Origin: Shigella phage Tf | DNA: 64,000 nucleotides | Reading direction: 5' to 3' (one strand) | Sequence record: OR980947 | In this document: piece after piece, positions 39,464 to 49,229 of the stretch | How the letters are laid out: each line of letters starts with the position of its first letter | Numbering within the stretch: the first letter of the stretch is position 1 | Notes under the pieces: generated by a model | Databases searched by the model: none | The model's input: only the letters and a program-made list of their open reading frames with translations | Told to the model about the DNA's origin: nothing | Made by a program: the position numbers and the translations under genes

Positions 39464-41824
39464 ATGGCAGATTACAAATTGAGTCAATTAAACTCAATCG
39501 ACACAATTCGTTCAGAAGACCTATTGCACATCAGAGTTAAGAAAAGACCTGAAATGTTGGGTGACGAAGACCGTCGAATGACCTATCAAGACTTCTTAGC
39601 ATCTTTTAAACTAGAAAGATTTGTTCAGATTGCTGGTAGCACTATGACGGGTGACTTAGGAATTGTTAAGTTACTTTATGGTGGTAAGGCAGTCTTTGAC
39701 CCAACAGGCTCTTCTGAGATTAATATTGGTGATGTTTTAAAGACTTTTAAAATCAACGCAAATGGTCTTAAGTTAACCGTTGCAGATGCTTCAAGGTCTG
39801 CAACTGTTTATCATACTCTTAATAAACCAAGCCCTAATGAACTTGGGATGAGAACCAATGAAGAGAACGATGCAAGGTATGCAAAACTATCTGCAAATAA
39901 CATCTTTACATCCCAACAAACTATCCAAGCAAATGGTGAAGCTATTAGGTTAAAAAACTCTTCTGAGAACTCACCGTTGTATATCAGAGGTCAGGATAGT
40001 GCTGGTGAGAATAGATGGTATATCGGTAATGGTTCAGGGGGTGATAATGTTACTATCCGCAACCACAAGACAGACTGTGAAGTTATTCTATCTAGTGTCG
40101 TGGCTATCAATAAAACATTAAGCATCACGGGTCAAGTCAAACCTTCTGACTTCTCTAACTTAGATGCTAGATATTTCACTCAGACAGTCGCTAATCAGAG
40201 ATTTGCACAGTTAGCTGGCAATAACACCTTTACAGGTGCTAACACATTTAGGACTATGAGTGTTATTTCAAATGCTGCTGCCATCACACTGCAATGTGCA
40301 TCAGCAAACGAATCCCTGTATCTACTTGCAAAAGATTATGAAGGTGGAAACTTATGGTATCTTGGTAAAGATAGTTCAGGTGCTGGTGTAACTATCTACA
40401 ACTATACCACTAACACCTCTTTGTTCTTAGATGCTGCTGGGGTATCAGCAAATAAAAATGTCAGAATCACTGGACAAGTTCAACCTTCAGATTGGACTAA
40501 CATTGACTCTAGATACATTCCAGTAGCTACTTTGAGCAATCTTGCTAAAATTAATGTGTCTAACACTTTCACAAATGTGCAGACTATTGTATCAAATAAT
40601 GAAGGTGTAGTATTAAAGAACTTAACACAGGGACAGCCGCAATATATCCGTGGTGTTGATACTGCGAACGTATCTAGGTGGTGGGTAGGTGTAGGTGATG
40701 CAAATTCTACTGATGTAGCCTTAAACAACAGCTTCTCTGGGACTCAAATTACTCTTATGACTTCAGCGATTAAGGCTAATAAGAATCTAACCATTACTGG
40801 TCAAGTACAACCTTCTGATTGGTCTAACTTAGATGCTAGATATTTCTTGAAAACAAAACTATTAAACCAATCTTTAATGACAAGGACAGCTAATAGACTG
40901 GATGACCCATCATCATTCAACAAAGATTATTCAGGGTTTGTAAGAAATAATAACATAGAGCAGGGTCTGAAAGATTTAGCCATCCATGTAGCACATGCTG
41001 CTGGTATTGCTCATGCCAGAGGTATTGCTTTTGAATATGGGTCTACAGGTCTTAATGTCTTCACATATGCCTATGGCAAAAATGGTGACTATGCCGGAGA
41101 AGCACAGATTTATACAACTGCTTTTAAACCAACCCCTTCAGAAATTGGTGCATACACTAAAGCTGAAACTGACCAGAAGATTGCAGAAGCGATTAGTGAC
41201 TCTACAGACCTTAATAAAATCTATCCAGTAGGTATTGTAACGTGGTTTAACAGTAATGTTAACCCTAATACAGCACTTCCTGGTCTAACTTGGACGTACC
41301 TGAATAATGGTGTTGGTAGAACTATTAGAATTGCAGCAGCAAACGGTTCAGATGTTGCTACAACTGGTGGTTCAGACTCTGTAACGTTGTCTGTTGGTAA
41401 CTTACCTTCACACACGCATAGTTTCTCTGGAACGACTTCTTGGTTTGACTATGGAACTAAGTACACAGACGGTCAGGGTGCTCACGACCATGACAGAGGT
41501 AACATGGAAATCTCTGGTGACTTTGGTTTCTTCAGAAGTGATGCAAATAACTTTTATACAGCAAGTGGGGCATTCGCTATCTCAGGTTCACAAGCCTCTA
41601 GGGGTTTTACTGGCTCTAAGTTCACTTATGGTACACCTGTCAACTTCTACGCATCAAGAACTTGGACAGGGAGAACAAGCTGGGTAGGTGCTCATGCACA
41701 TGGTGTAGGTATTGGTGCTCACAACCATACGGTAAGTGGTAACACAGGTGTCACAGGTTCTGGTTCAGCATTTAGTGTCACTAACCAATTCTATAAGTTA
41801 ATGGCTTGGGTAAGAACTGCTTAA
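39464..41824 (+). CDS. long tail fibre protein with internal repeats and His-x-His motifs
   Basis: 786 aa; three copies of ...ITGQV(K/Q)PSD(F/W)(S/T)N(L/I)D(A/S)RY...; C-terminal HTHS, HDHD, HAHG, HNHT motifs; conserved C-terminal ...AFSV...WVRTA. Confidence 0.7.
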   Translation: MADYKLSQLNSIDTIRSEDLLHIRVKKRPEMLGDEDRRMTYQDFLASFKLERFVQIAGSTMTGDLGIVKLLYGGKAVFDPTGSSEINIGDVLKTFKINANGLKLTVADASRSATVYHTLNKPSPNELGMRTNEENDARYAKLSANNIFTSQQTIQANGEAIRLKNSSENSPLYIRGQDSAGENRWYIGNGSGGDNVTIRNHKTDCEVILSSVVAINKTLSITGQVKPSDFSNLDARYFTQTVANQRFAQLAGNNTFTGANTFRTMSVISNAAAITLQCASANESLYLLAKDYEGGNLWYLGKDSSGAGVTIYNYTTNTSLFLDAAGVSANKNVRITGQVQPSDWTNIDSRYIPVATLSNLAKINVSNTFTNVQTIVSNNEGVVLKNLTQGQPQYIRGVDTANVSRWWVGVGDANSTDVALNNSFSGTQITLMTSAIKANKNLTITGQVQPSDWSNLDARYFLKTKLLNQSLMTRTANRLDDPSSFNKDYSGFVRNNNIEQGLKDLAIHVAHAAGIAHARGIAFEYGSTGLNVFTYAYGKNGDYAGEAQIYTTAFKPTPSEIGAYTKAETDQKIAEAISDSTDLNKIYPVGIVTWFNSNVNPNTALPGLTWTYLNNGVGRTIRIAAANGSDVATTGGSDSVTLSVGNLPSHTHSFSGTTSWFDYGTKYTDGQGAHDHDRGNMEISGDFGFFRSDANNFYTASGAFAISGSQASRGFTGSKFTYGTPVNFYASRTWTGRTSWVGAHAHGVGIGAHNHTVSGNTGVTGSGSAFSVTNQFYKLMAWVRTA

Positions 41825-41903
41825 TCCCTTGTTGACTGATTGTTAAGATGGTGTTAATATTCTTTATGGGTATTCTCACCATCTTGGCTGATGAGGTGAT
41901 TAA

Positions 41904-42098
41904 ATGCCTACAATCCTAGCAATTCTTCTAAAAAATCTAGGTAGCTTCTTCTGGAAACTCATTTTATCCCTTCTAAGTGAATACATGATTGAGAAAGTGT
42001 TCTTTAAGCTTGCAAGATATCTTGCGAGTAAAACAGACACACCTATTGATGATGAGTTCGTAGATAACTTAGAAAAAGCTTTTAAGGGGGAGAAATAA
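41904..42098 (+). CDS. small membrane protein (holin-like, putative)
   Basis: 64 aa with hydrophobic N-terminal segment and charged C-terminus. Confidence 0.35.
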   Translation: MPTILAILLKNLGSFFWKLILSLLSEYMIEKVFFKLARYLASKTDTPIDDEFVDNLEKAFKGEK

Positions 42099-42470
42099 AT
42101 GAAGTGGCTAGAGGAAGCTTTTAAAAATAATATTGGTGCAATTGTAGTTGGTATTTTTAGTGTTATCGGAATGTATACCACGATGCAAGTGTCAAGTGGT
42201 AAACAAGAGGTGTCTGTCAAAACAAAGTTACAACAGTTGGATAATTACACAAGTAGTAACTATTCAGCTATTCGTGATTTACAGTCTGACATTAGACTTA
42301 TTCAGTTAGGGATGGAGAACCAGAAAGTTCAGTTAGAGAATGTTAAGGGTGAGAACGCAAAACTTACTAAAACCCTTGATAAATTTTCTGATAGTGTGAA
42401 CAATCTGGCTCAATCAGTATCAGCCCTCCAAGCTATTACTGAAAAGAACACAAAGAATACTGAAAAATAA
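42099..42470 (+). CDS. membrane-anchored coiled-coil protein (spanin-like or lysis-associated, putative)
   Basis: N-terminal TM (IGAIVVGIFSVIGMY) followed by Gln/Leu-rich coiled coil; start abuts previous stop. Confidence 0.35.
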   Translation: MKWLEEAFKNNIGAIVVGIFSVIGMYTTMQVSSGKQEVSVKTKLQQLDNYTSSNYSAIRDLQSDIRLIQLGMENQKVQLENVKGENAKLTKTLDKFSDSVNNLAQSVSALQAITEKNTKNTEK

Positions 42471-42478
42471 AATTTTAA

Positions 42479-42510
42479 GGCTCCCGTAAAAAGGAGCCTT
42501 TTTTGTTTTT
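42479..42510. terminator. bidirectional terminator at convergence of structural (+) and metabolism (-) blocks
   Basis: ggctcccgtaaaaaggagcc flanked by T-run on plus strand and A-run upstream. Confidence 0.7.
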
Positions 42511-43409
42511 TACTTACCTACTGATAAAGGTGCTTCAATCTTCCCTGCATGTTGGTAGTTGTTAATGCCACCAATAAAATCACTTGCAGTAAGATGTTTA
42601 AGGTCACTTAGAGTGTTAAGCTGTACACCAATCTCAAAAGTTGGTGCATGGAACTCTTCGTTGTTCAGTAGTTCATAAACCTGTTTCATGTGGTTCTGAT
42701 AAATCTGAGTATCTCCAAAGACACCTATCAAGTACCGTGGAGTGTATCCAGTCATCTTACAAAGAACTTCCAGAATAAAACCGTAAGATGCAATATTAAA
42801 CGGAAGTCCTAAAAAGGTATCTACTGAACGTTGATACCATTGTAAGTCAACTTCACCTTCGTTGGTGATATAAATCTGAAACAGAACATGACAAGGTGCT
42901 AAAGCCATTGAGTTAGTTGCAATATCTGCTGCATTCCAAGCATTAACAAGCATGTAACGGTCTGTGATATCACCTTTCATCTTCGTTACTAAGGTTTCTA
43001 ACTGGTCTACAACACAACCATTATGACCTTCAAAGTTTCTCCACTGAACCCCGTAGATTCTCCCACCTGCATCTTCTAACCAGTCTTGTTCAGAAGAATA
43101 GTTAGAGCTTAACCATCGTTTAAAATCATCTGACCAGATAGTCCAGCGTTCTCCATCATTTTCACCCCAAGTACGGTAACGAAGTTCACCAAGCTTATTC
43201 TCACCGTTCAGGAACCATAAAGCTTCACCAATAACTTGCCGTGTAAACACCTGTTTAGATGTTAAGAGCGGGAAACCAGTACGCATATCAAAACGAAACT
43301 GTGGTGGAGCAAATGCAGAGATAACATCTCCAGTTCGTGTAGTACGCAGTTCACCAACGGATAAAACATGGTTCAGGATATTTTTGTAACTTGAATCTGC
43401 TTGTGACAT
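42510..43409 (-). CDS. thyA: thymidylate synthase
   Basis: active-site region MALAPCHVLFQ and LPFNIASY motif; N-terminal TRTGxxxxS fold-binding region. Confidence 0.9.
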   Translation of the reverse strand: MSQADSSYKNILNHVLSVGELRTTRTGDVISAFAPPQFRFDMRTGFPLLTSKQVFTRQVIGEALWFLNGENKLGELRYRTWGENDGERWTIWSDDFKRWLSSNYSSEQDWLEDAGGRIYGVQWRNFEGHNGCVVDQLETLVTKMKGDITDRYMLVNAWNAADIATNSMALAPCHVLFQIYITNEGEVDLQWYQRSVDTFLGLPFNIASYGFILEVLCKMTGYTPRYLIGVFGDTQIYQNHMKQVYELLNNEEFHAPTFEIGVQLNTLSDLKHLTASDFIGGINNYQHAGKIEAPLSVGK

Positions 43410-43410
43410 A

Positions 43411-43956
43411 TCAAAAGTGTCCTTTTACTTGTGGAACATAAATTTCAAAAGTTGCTTTACCATCCTCTGATGGTTTTGACTGTACCTTTGTAAATACACG
43501 GTTATCATACAACTTCTCAAAAAAGTTTTCAAAAGGTAAATGCACAGTGGCCTCTTCAGTAACTTTATGGAAAACAGTATGGAACACCACACTAGCATAC
43601 GGTAAAGCATTGACAAGGACACCTACACCACCAATTACAAAGACATCTTCATCAATAGAGCTATCAAGATACTTTAAAAATGCTCCAAAGGACTCTTTAC
43701 TAGCCTTAGCATACATTACATTGTCTTTGCCAAAGTCTATGCCTAAGTATGGTACAGAATTTGTTAAGATTAGGTTTGCACGTTCTGGTAGAGGTTTACT
43801 ACCCAGAGTCTTAAAAGTCTCATTACCCATGACTACTAAGTTATTTTTAGTGAGTCTCTTAAACTCTTGCATATCCTGTTTATGTCGAGGCCACGGCATA
43901 CCAGTTGGAGTACCAAACTCCCCATTTTCACCACTTGCAAAGATTAATTTAATCAT
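43411..43956 (-). CDS. frd: dihydrofolate reductase
   Basis: N-terminal MIKLIFA...GMPW and VVMG..TF.S motifs; adjacent to thyA as in T4 frd-td. Confidence 0.8.
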   Translation of the reverse strand: MIKLIFASGENGEFGTPTGMPWPRHKQDMQEFKRLTKNNLVVMGNETFKTLGSKPLPERANLILTNSVPYLGIDFGKDNVMYAKASKESFGAFLKYLDSSIDEDVFVIGGVGVLVNALPYASVVFHTVFHKVTEEATVHLPFENFFEKLYDNRVFTKVQSKPSEDGKATFEIYVPQVKGHF

Positions 43957-44213
43957 TTTGTAAATCCTTTCTTAATGAACCAGTTGATAACATTCTTCAC
44001 AGCTTTATTGCTATAGTAGATAAAATGTGGAGATGGTTGGTATGAACCATAAGCCCAGAAAGCGATAATTTCATTACACCCTGTACACCTTGTACTCTCT
44101 TCAGCAATATGACCGTTGACTATTTCACTTACCTCACCTTGCAAGTCTGTACACCCACAATGTGGACATCGGATAGGTGTTCCATCAGACTCGTAGCAGT
44201 GTTCAATTTTCAT
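43953..44213 (-). CDS. zinc-ribbon protein (86 aa)
   Basis: CPHCGC ... CTGCN cysteine pairs. Confidence 0.45.
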   Translation of the reverse strand: MKIEHCYESDGTPIRCPHCGCTDLQGEVSEIVNGHIAEESTRCTGCNEIIAFWAYGSYQPSPHFIYYSNKAVKNVINWFIKKGFTK

Positions 44214-44735
44214 CTATTTAACCTCAAAAACTGGCTCAAGAACCAATATAAAGTCTACACAGTCATCTTCTTCATCCAGAATACCATCAAAGTTCTTAGG
44301 AACGAAGTCGAAGAGGCTCATAACAAAACAGTCAGAAGTAACCCTGATAGCTCCTCCCATGTTCTCTACAGTTAACACTGTACGACTTTCTTTTACCTCC
44401 CTCAGAAGATTACCCACAAAGTCATCTAAGAAGTACTTCATCAGTGACTTAAAACCTTTAGGGTAATCTGTACCAGAGTATGTTTCAATCTGAGGCACAA
44501 GCTTAACATTTATACTAGTCTTTGTTAAGAATGCACTAGAGAACATACTATCAGGTAGCTTACAAACAGTCTTTCCAGTACCTTCATGTTCAATCTCAAC
44601 AAAACCAGCTTCATCGCCACATGTAACTATTTTAAAAGATGCTTCATTCTCATACTGTGAAGCCATAAACTTTTTAAGCATCACTTTAAGGAAGTCTGCA
44701 TGAGCATCTTGTAAGTAGATATCAATCATAATCAA
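44214..44735 (-). CDS. hypothetical protein (173 aa)
   Basis: ORF-track ORF. Confidence 0.45.
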   Translation of the reverse strand: MIMIDIYLQDAHADFLKVMLKKFMASQYENEASFKIVTCGDEAGFVEIEHEGTGKTVCKLPDSMFSSAFLTKTSINVKLVPQIETYSGTDYPKGFKSLMKYFLDDFVGNLLREVKESRTVLTVENMGGAIRVTSDCFVMSLFDFVPKNFDGILDEEDDCVDFILVLEPVFEVK

Positions 44736-44742
44736 TCACCTA

Positions 44743-45102
44743 TTATGGGAACAAGCACTTAATGTCATCGTTTTTGAAAACGAAACTTGTGTAGTTGTGA
44801 CCATCAACATCCAACCAGACAGCCTGAACATCTACACCATCAAGGTTGTGGTAAAGCTCTTTGATGAAGTGGTCTTTTACAATCTGGCTGCTAGTTGTTT
44901 CCAGCTTAATGTTTGAGATTGCTGAACCTACAGCCATATAGCCCATGACACGTTTCTTCTCAGTATGCTTAATCTTACCATCTTTGTAAGCCATAATGAG
45001 ATTGGAGAGAATCTTCACACCATAATGCTTTTCAAGGTGAGTAGGTACACCATAAAAGCCTAATGCAAAGTTTTCAGAGTGGATAATGTTTTCACGTTTC
45101 AT
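44743..45102 (-). CDS. hypothetical protein (119 aa)
   Basis: ORF-track ORF. Confidence 0.45.
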   Translation of the reverse strand: MKRENIIHSENFALGFYGVPTHLEKHYGVKILSNLIMAYKDGKIKHTEKKRVMGYMAVGSAISNIKLETTSSQIVKDHFIKELYHNLDGVDVQAVWLDVDGHNYTSFVFKNDDIKCLFP

Positions 45103-45103
45103 A

Positions 45104-45403
45104 TTAATCTGCCAACCTTAAATTAAAATTAACACCAAATTTTTCACATACTTCCAACATATACTCAAGGGAGACATTACCAGTGAGATGGATTATGTTG
45201 GATACACGAGCTTGAGAGATACCACAAATTTTAGCGACTTGCTCTTGAGAAAGACCTCTGGATTTAATCTCTCTCTTAAAACGATGTGCAACGAAGTCTC
45301 TCATTTCGTCTACATCCATTGGACAAATATAACTCTCCATTTCAGCCTCTCTGTCAGCCTCCCAATCATCTTGTGGAGCATAAGGGTCAAAGAACTCATT
45401 CAT
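45104..45403 (-). CDS. helix-turn-helix DNA-binding protein (XRE-like, putative)
   Basis: LSQEQVAKICGISQARVSNI HTH signature; start trimmed to internal Met (MNEFF). Confidence 0.5.
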   Translation of the reverse strand: MNEFFDPYAPQDDWEADREAEMESYICPMDVDEMRDFVAHRFKREIKSRGLSQEQVAKICGISQARVSNIIHLTGNVSLEYMLEVCEKFGVNFNLRLAD

Positions 45404-45608
45404 CTTTCTTCTTCCGTTTGCGTGGAGTATCAATCAATGAATCTATGTTTGTAGCCCTAACCTTTTCACGTTCATCATTAAGATAATCATCAAGAGCCTT
45501 CTCAATCTGTGAATCATCTTGACAGATAACTGTAAAGACTGTAAAGCCATCTGTATCGTCAATTATCTTACCATAACCGCTTCTGGGATGTAACTTTTTA
45601 AGAGCCAT
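45396..45608 (-). CDS. hypothetical protein (70 aa)
   Basis: ORF-track ORF. Confidence 0.35.
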   Translation of the reverse strand: MALKKLHPRSGYGKIIDDTDGFTVFTVICQDDSQIEKALDDYLNDEREKVRATNIDSLIDTPRKRKKKDE

Positions 45609-45609
45609 A

Positions 45610-45993
45610 TCAAATACCTGTGCAGCTTCTGTTTTCTAAGAAATACTCAACACCATACATAGCTTTTTGCATCAAATCTTCTTTAAACTGGATACGATGA
45701 TTGAGCATAGCTTGTACATCAATATCGTCATGGTGTTTCTCTTTGATATTTGCAGATTGTAAGAAATACTCTGCAAGGACACGATACTGATAGTCAGTTA
45801 CCTTATCAGTCATCTCTGTTAAAGACTCTTCAGAGATTGGTTTAAGTAGCTCGCCATTAGCTAGAGCAACACCTTTAACAATCTGACAAGTGTCTTCTGG
45901 AACACCTGATAAGTTCACATTTGGAAGTTCTGTTGCATTGACTGGTAAATTCATTGCCATAACCATTGCAGCAGATAATAAAATCTTTTTCAT
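45610..45993 (-). CDS. secreted/periplasmic protein with signal peptide (putative)
   Basis: N-terminus MKKILLSAAMVMAMNLPVNA resembles a Sec signal peptide. Confidence 0.45.
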   Translation of the reverse strand: MKKILLSAAMVMAMNLPVNATELPNVNLSGVPEDTCQIVKGVALANGELLKPISEESLTEMTDKVTDYQYRVLAEYFLQSANIKEKHHDDIDVQAMLNHRIQFKEDLMQKAMYGVEYFLENRSCTGI

Positions 45994-46281
45994 AATGACC
46001 TCAAAGTTATATTAAATTTTGTATTACGTTGAGTATAAAAATAAGCTATAACACCTGACTTGTCAACAGACTTTATAGCTTATTTGGCAGATTTTTTATA
46101 AGGCTACTGCCATCCTTCCATACATTACCATACCTCACCGGACCCTACCCGACCGGGCCTCACCCTGCCTTGCCAAACATCACTTAAAAATCCTCTTAGA
46201 AGACTCTTAAGTGATGCTGGTGAGTACCCGTTGGTTTATGCTGCTCAGTATACTCACCAAATTTTCTATGTCAACAACTTT

Positions 46282-47421
46282 TTATTCGTAATCTCGAATA
46301 ACTAACCCAACAGGGAACTGTAAAGACCCCTTACGAGTCATCTTCTGGAACTGTACCGTCAAAGGTTTCCCGATAAACTCTTCAGGATGTTCAGCAAGAT
46401 ACTGTTTTTTCTCGTGTGTAGTTTTCCATGAAACATCTACAAAGACGTTAGGAAGAGTCTCTACAACGAACTTGCCATGACCACGTTTATCAGTCTTTAC
46501 ACCAGTCACTTTAAACTCTTCAGTGTGCATCTTCTTGTGCTTAATCAAGAAGTATGAACGGTGACAACACTCATAGAAGGAGTCTTCAGAGATTGAACGG
46601 TACATTGCACCTTCAAACTGAGCTTCAACCCACTTATCATGGGCTTCATCAAACTCTTCCCAAGAATTTACACGACGAGACTTAACAGGAACAACTTTAC
46701 AGCCGTCTCTGAAGTCATTCAATGGTGAAGTCTCGATAATATCTCTACGCTCAGGCCACGTCTTAGTGCTGTCACAGATATCGTACCAGTAGAACTTAAG
46801 TAAGTGTCTGTCAGGATTGTCTTCATTTTTAATCATGGAGACAATATCTTCTAAGTCCCACCCATGAGCATAAATCTCTCCATCAAATTCATCAACATCT
46901 TTGTGGAGCCTTAACATTGCCATAATGTCGGGTATTAGTTCAGTAGGGATTTTATAAACAGTATTCTCACGAGAGTATGCTGTGAATACACTACCAATGC
47001 TTAAGTGTCTTGAAATTCTACAACGTACACCATCAAGCTTCGGTTGGGCATCAGCAGGAAATTTCAAATACTTTGCATGGCTAACCTTTGCAGCATCATG
47101 AGCAAGCTGTACACCTACCTTTTCAGTATTCTGTGCAGACTCTTTTGTGTAAGCATAACCTTTGCGGTCAACCTGCTTTTTATACTTAGCAGCAACTTCA
47201 AAGAGAGCTTGCTGTTCAGCGTTACGCTCATTCTTTTTACCGATGTTTTTAGGTTCTGCTGTATACTCTTCAAACATCATCTTGCCATTTTCTTTACCGT
47301 AGGTTGTAATAACTTTGTCACCTACAGCAACGCATGACCAGACGTTAAAAGAGCCATCTTTATTTTGTTTGTACAGAATTGTCATTTTTAACCTCTGAGT
47401 GATACCAAGTGTAACAAGCAT
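46282..47421 (-). CDS. ATP-dependent DNA ligase
   Basis: motif I KLDGVR (adenylation lysine), ~380 aa as in T7/T4-type ligases. Confidence 0.8.
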   Translation of the reverse strand: MLVTLGITQRLKMTILYKQNKDGSFNVWSCVAVGDKVITTYGKENGKMMFEEYTAEPKNIGKKNERNAEQQALFEVAAKYKKQVDRKGYAYTKESAQNTEKVGVQLAHDAAKVSHAKYLKFPADAQPKLDGVRCRISRHLSIGSVFTAYSRENTVYKIPTELIPDIMAMLRLHKDVDEFDGEIYAHGWDLEDIVSMIKNEDNPDRHLLKFYWYDICDSTKTWPERRDIIETSPLNDFRDGCKVVPVKSRRVNSWEEFDEAHDKWVEAQFEGAMYRSISEDSFYECCHRSYFLIKHKKMHTEEFKVTGVKTDKRGHGKFVVETLPNVFVDVSWKTTHEKKQYLAEHPEEFIGKPLTVQFQKMTRKGSLQFPVGLVIRDYE

Positions 47422-47578
47422 TACATGCGTAAAGCTCTAAGTCATTTTTATCTGGTTTATGGAAACAGTTTGACCCACAACGACACCGGAATAGTTTACC
47501 ATCAACACGAAGAATGAATGTTTCAAGCTCACCATCTTCTGTAAGAACTGCGTTCTTAAATTTATCTTCTACAGTCAT
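47360..47578 (-). CDS. zinc-ribbon protein (72 aa)
   Basis: CRCGSNC ... CNAC cysteine pairs. Confidence 0.4.
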   Translation of the reverse strand: MTVEDKFKNAVLTEDGELETFILRVDGKLFRCRCGSNCFHKPDKNDLELYACNACYTWYHSEVKNDNSVQTK

Positions 47579-47781
47579 TTTCTCTTACCACCAATCTCTA
47601 CGTCAATCACTTGAACATCACCAGCAACATCAAACTTATGAATGATGCTTTCCACAGTGTAAGTCCAACCCTCGATTCGAACCAACTCACCTTCTCGTGG
47701 GACGATTGGGTTACGTTGAGCTACGGTTGTAGTGGAGTGAACAACATCATAACAGTAGATATAGTTTACTAGGACTTCCAT
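47575..47781 (-). CDS. hypothetical protein (68 aa)
   Basis: ORF-track ORF. Confidence 0.35.
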   Translation of the reverse strand: MEVLVNYIYCYDVVHSTTTVAQRNPIVPREGELVRIEGWTYTVESIIHKFDVAGDVQVIDVEIGGKRK

Positions 47782-47790
47782 ATCTTCACC

Positions 47791-48045
47791 TTAAAAGAAT
47801 AAGTCAGATGCTTTTGGGTTGATTAAACTCATGCAGTTTTGAAGCATGGCTTCATTGTACCCATCTTGGCAAACTACGTAGAGTTTATCGAAAGTTTCTT
47901 TTGATACTGGGTAGACTGATAACTCTTGGCATACACTAAGATACCATTCGTAATCTAAGCCTCTGCTCCAAGCGTCAGCGATTAGGGCTGTAGCTTTGTC
48001 TTTGCTTCTGATAACTTCATCAGACTTTTCAATTTTACTGTTCAC
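47791..48045 (-). CDS. hypothetical protein (84 aa)
   Basis: ORF-track ORF. Confidence 0.4.
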   Translation of the reverse strand: MNSKIEKSDEVIRSKDKATALIADAWSRGLDYEWYLSVCQELSVYPVSKETFDKLYVVCQDGYNEAMLQNCMSLINPKASDLFF

Positions 48046-48207
48046 GATGTTCTACCTCTCTGTACGTTCGTCGATAGTATATGATAAGCTGTGCTAACTC
48101 GTTGCTTTTAACATCTGAACGTAGCAGTTGCCAATCAAAACCTTTACCGACTCTTCCATATAAGCTAAATAATTTTACTTTGCGTTTCATTTTGGTACTC
48201 CCAATAC

Positions 48208-48435
48208 TCAGAGACCAATACTAATACGTTCACCCTTAAGAACTCCAGTACGGTCTTTTGCAATCTTCCCTTCAACAATAAGAATGTGTGCAGACCTTAA
48301 AGTGTCACTGTTAAAACCTTTTACGAACTTACTAGGCATCACTACAATAGACATCTCCTGAATCAAATCTGGAGTGTAGCAATTGTCGTGAAGTTGCTGA
48401 ATAACGTCTGCAAGTGTCATTTTTGATGTCTCCAA
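48208..48435 (-). CDS. hypothetical protein (75 aa)
   Basis: ORF-track ORF. Confidence 0.35.
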   Translation of the reverse strand: METSKMTLADVIQQLHDNCYTPDLIQEMSIVVMPSKFVKGFNSDTLRSAHILIVEGKIAKDRTGVLKGERISIGL

Positions 48436-48626
48436 TACTCAATGTCAATAAGTTCTTGTGCAATGCTTTTCAGATTACCTTTCAAGAAAACCTTCTCAGA
48501 ACCTGAAAGAGATGAATTGTCAATTAACCTGTTCATTCTCTCAAACAACTTCTGCTTACGATTCTTGATAGTTTCCTTTGAAGCACCTTTCATCATCGCT
48601 GCATGGGTTCTTCCACGGTGGCTCAT
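48417..48626 (-). CDS. hypothetical protein (69 aa)
   Basis: ORF-track ORF. Confidence 0.35.
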   Translation of the reverse strand: MSHRGRTHAAMMKGASKETIKNRKQKLFERMNRLIDNSSLSGSEKVFLKGNLKSIAQELIDIEYWRHQK

Positions 48627-48677
48627 AAGCCCTCCTATACAAGATATAGTATAAGGTACTCTTCCATGAGCACCTTG

Positions 48678-49229
48678 TCAAATTAGTTTTGCAAACTCTC
48701 CGTGGAGTTTAATAGCAGCTTCACAGTAAGCTTTATGGGCTTCTTCAGGCGTGTCAAACATACCAAGATGATAGTTTTTACCTTGTAAACGTATCATTGC
48801 TCGAAACCTTTTATTTATCTTCTGTACACCTTTTGGCAACCCAGATAGGGACTTTCTTGACCGATTGCAAGAGTTTTGTGAAGCTGTACAAACCCTTAAA
48901 TTCAAGTACCTATTGTCCCAACCATCCCCATTCTTATGGTCAACCTGTAAGGTTTTATCAGGCAGATATCCATCAATATACAAGATAACTAAACGATTTG
49001 CTTGGTAACTCCTTCCATCAATCAGCAACTGAACTGACTTGTGTCCATCAGTATTTGTTCTGTAGTTTCCAGCCCTCTTACCTCCAAATCTAGAGTTAAA
49101 ATTTGCATTACCTTCTCTAAACTTCCAAGTAAAGACCCCTGTTTCGGGGTCGTAGTCCAATAGCTCCTTAAGACGAATTTCTGTAATCATTTCAACACCA
49201 TCAATGTACCTCATACCAGCTCTTACCAA
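48678..49229 (-). CDS. HNH homing endonuclease with AP2 DNA-binding domain (free-standing)
   Basis: HNH core QVDHKNGDGWDNRYLNLRVCTASQNSCN and AP2-like LPKGVQKINKRFRAMIRLQGKNYHLGMFDTPEEAHKAY; overlaps 3' end of DNA polymerase exon 2. Confidence 0.8.
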   Translation of the reverse strand: MVRAGMRYIDGVEMITEIRLKELLDYDPETGVFTWKFREGNANFNSRFGGKRAGNYRTNTDGHKSVQLLIDGRSYQANRLVILYIDGYLPDKTLQVDHKNGDGWDNRYLNLRVCTASQNSCNRSRKSLSGLPKGVQKINKRFRAMIRLQGKNYHLGMFDTPEEAHKAYCEAAIKLHGEFAKLI

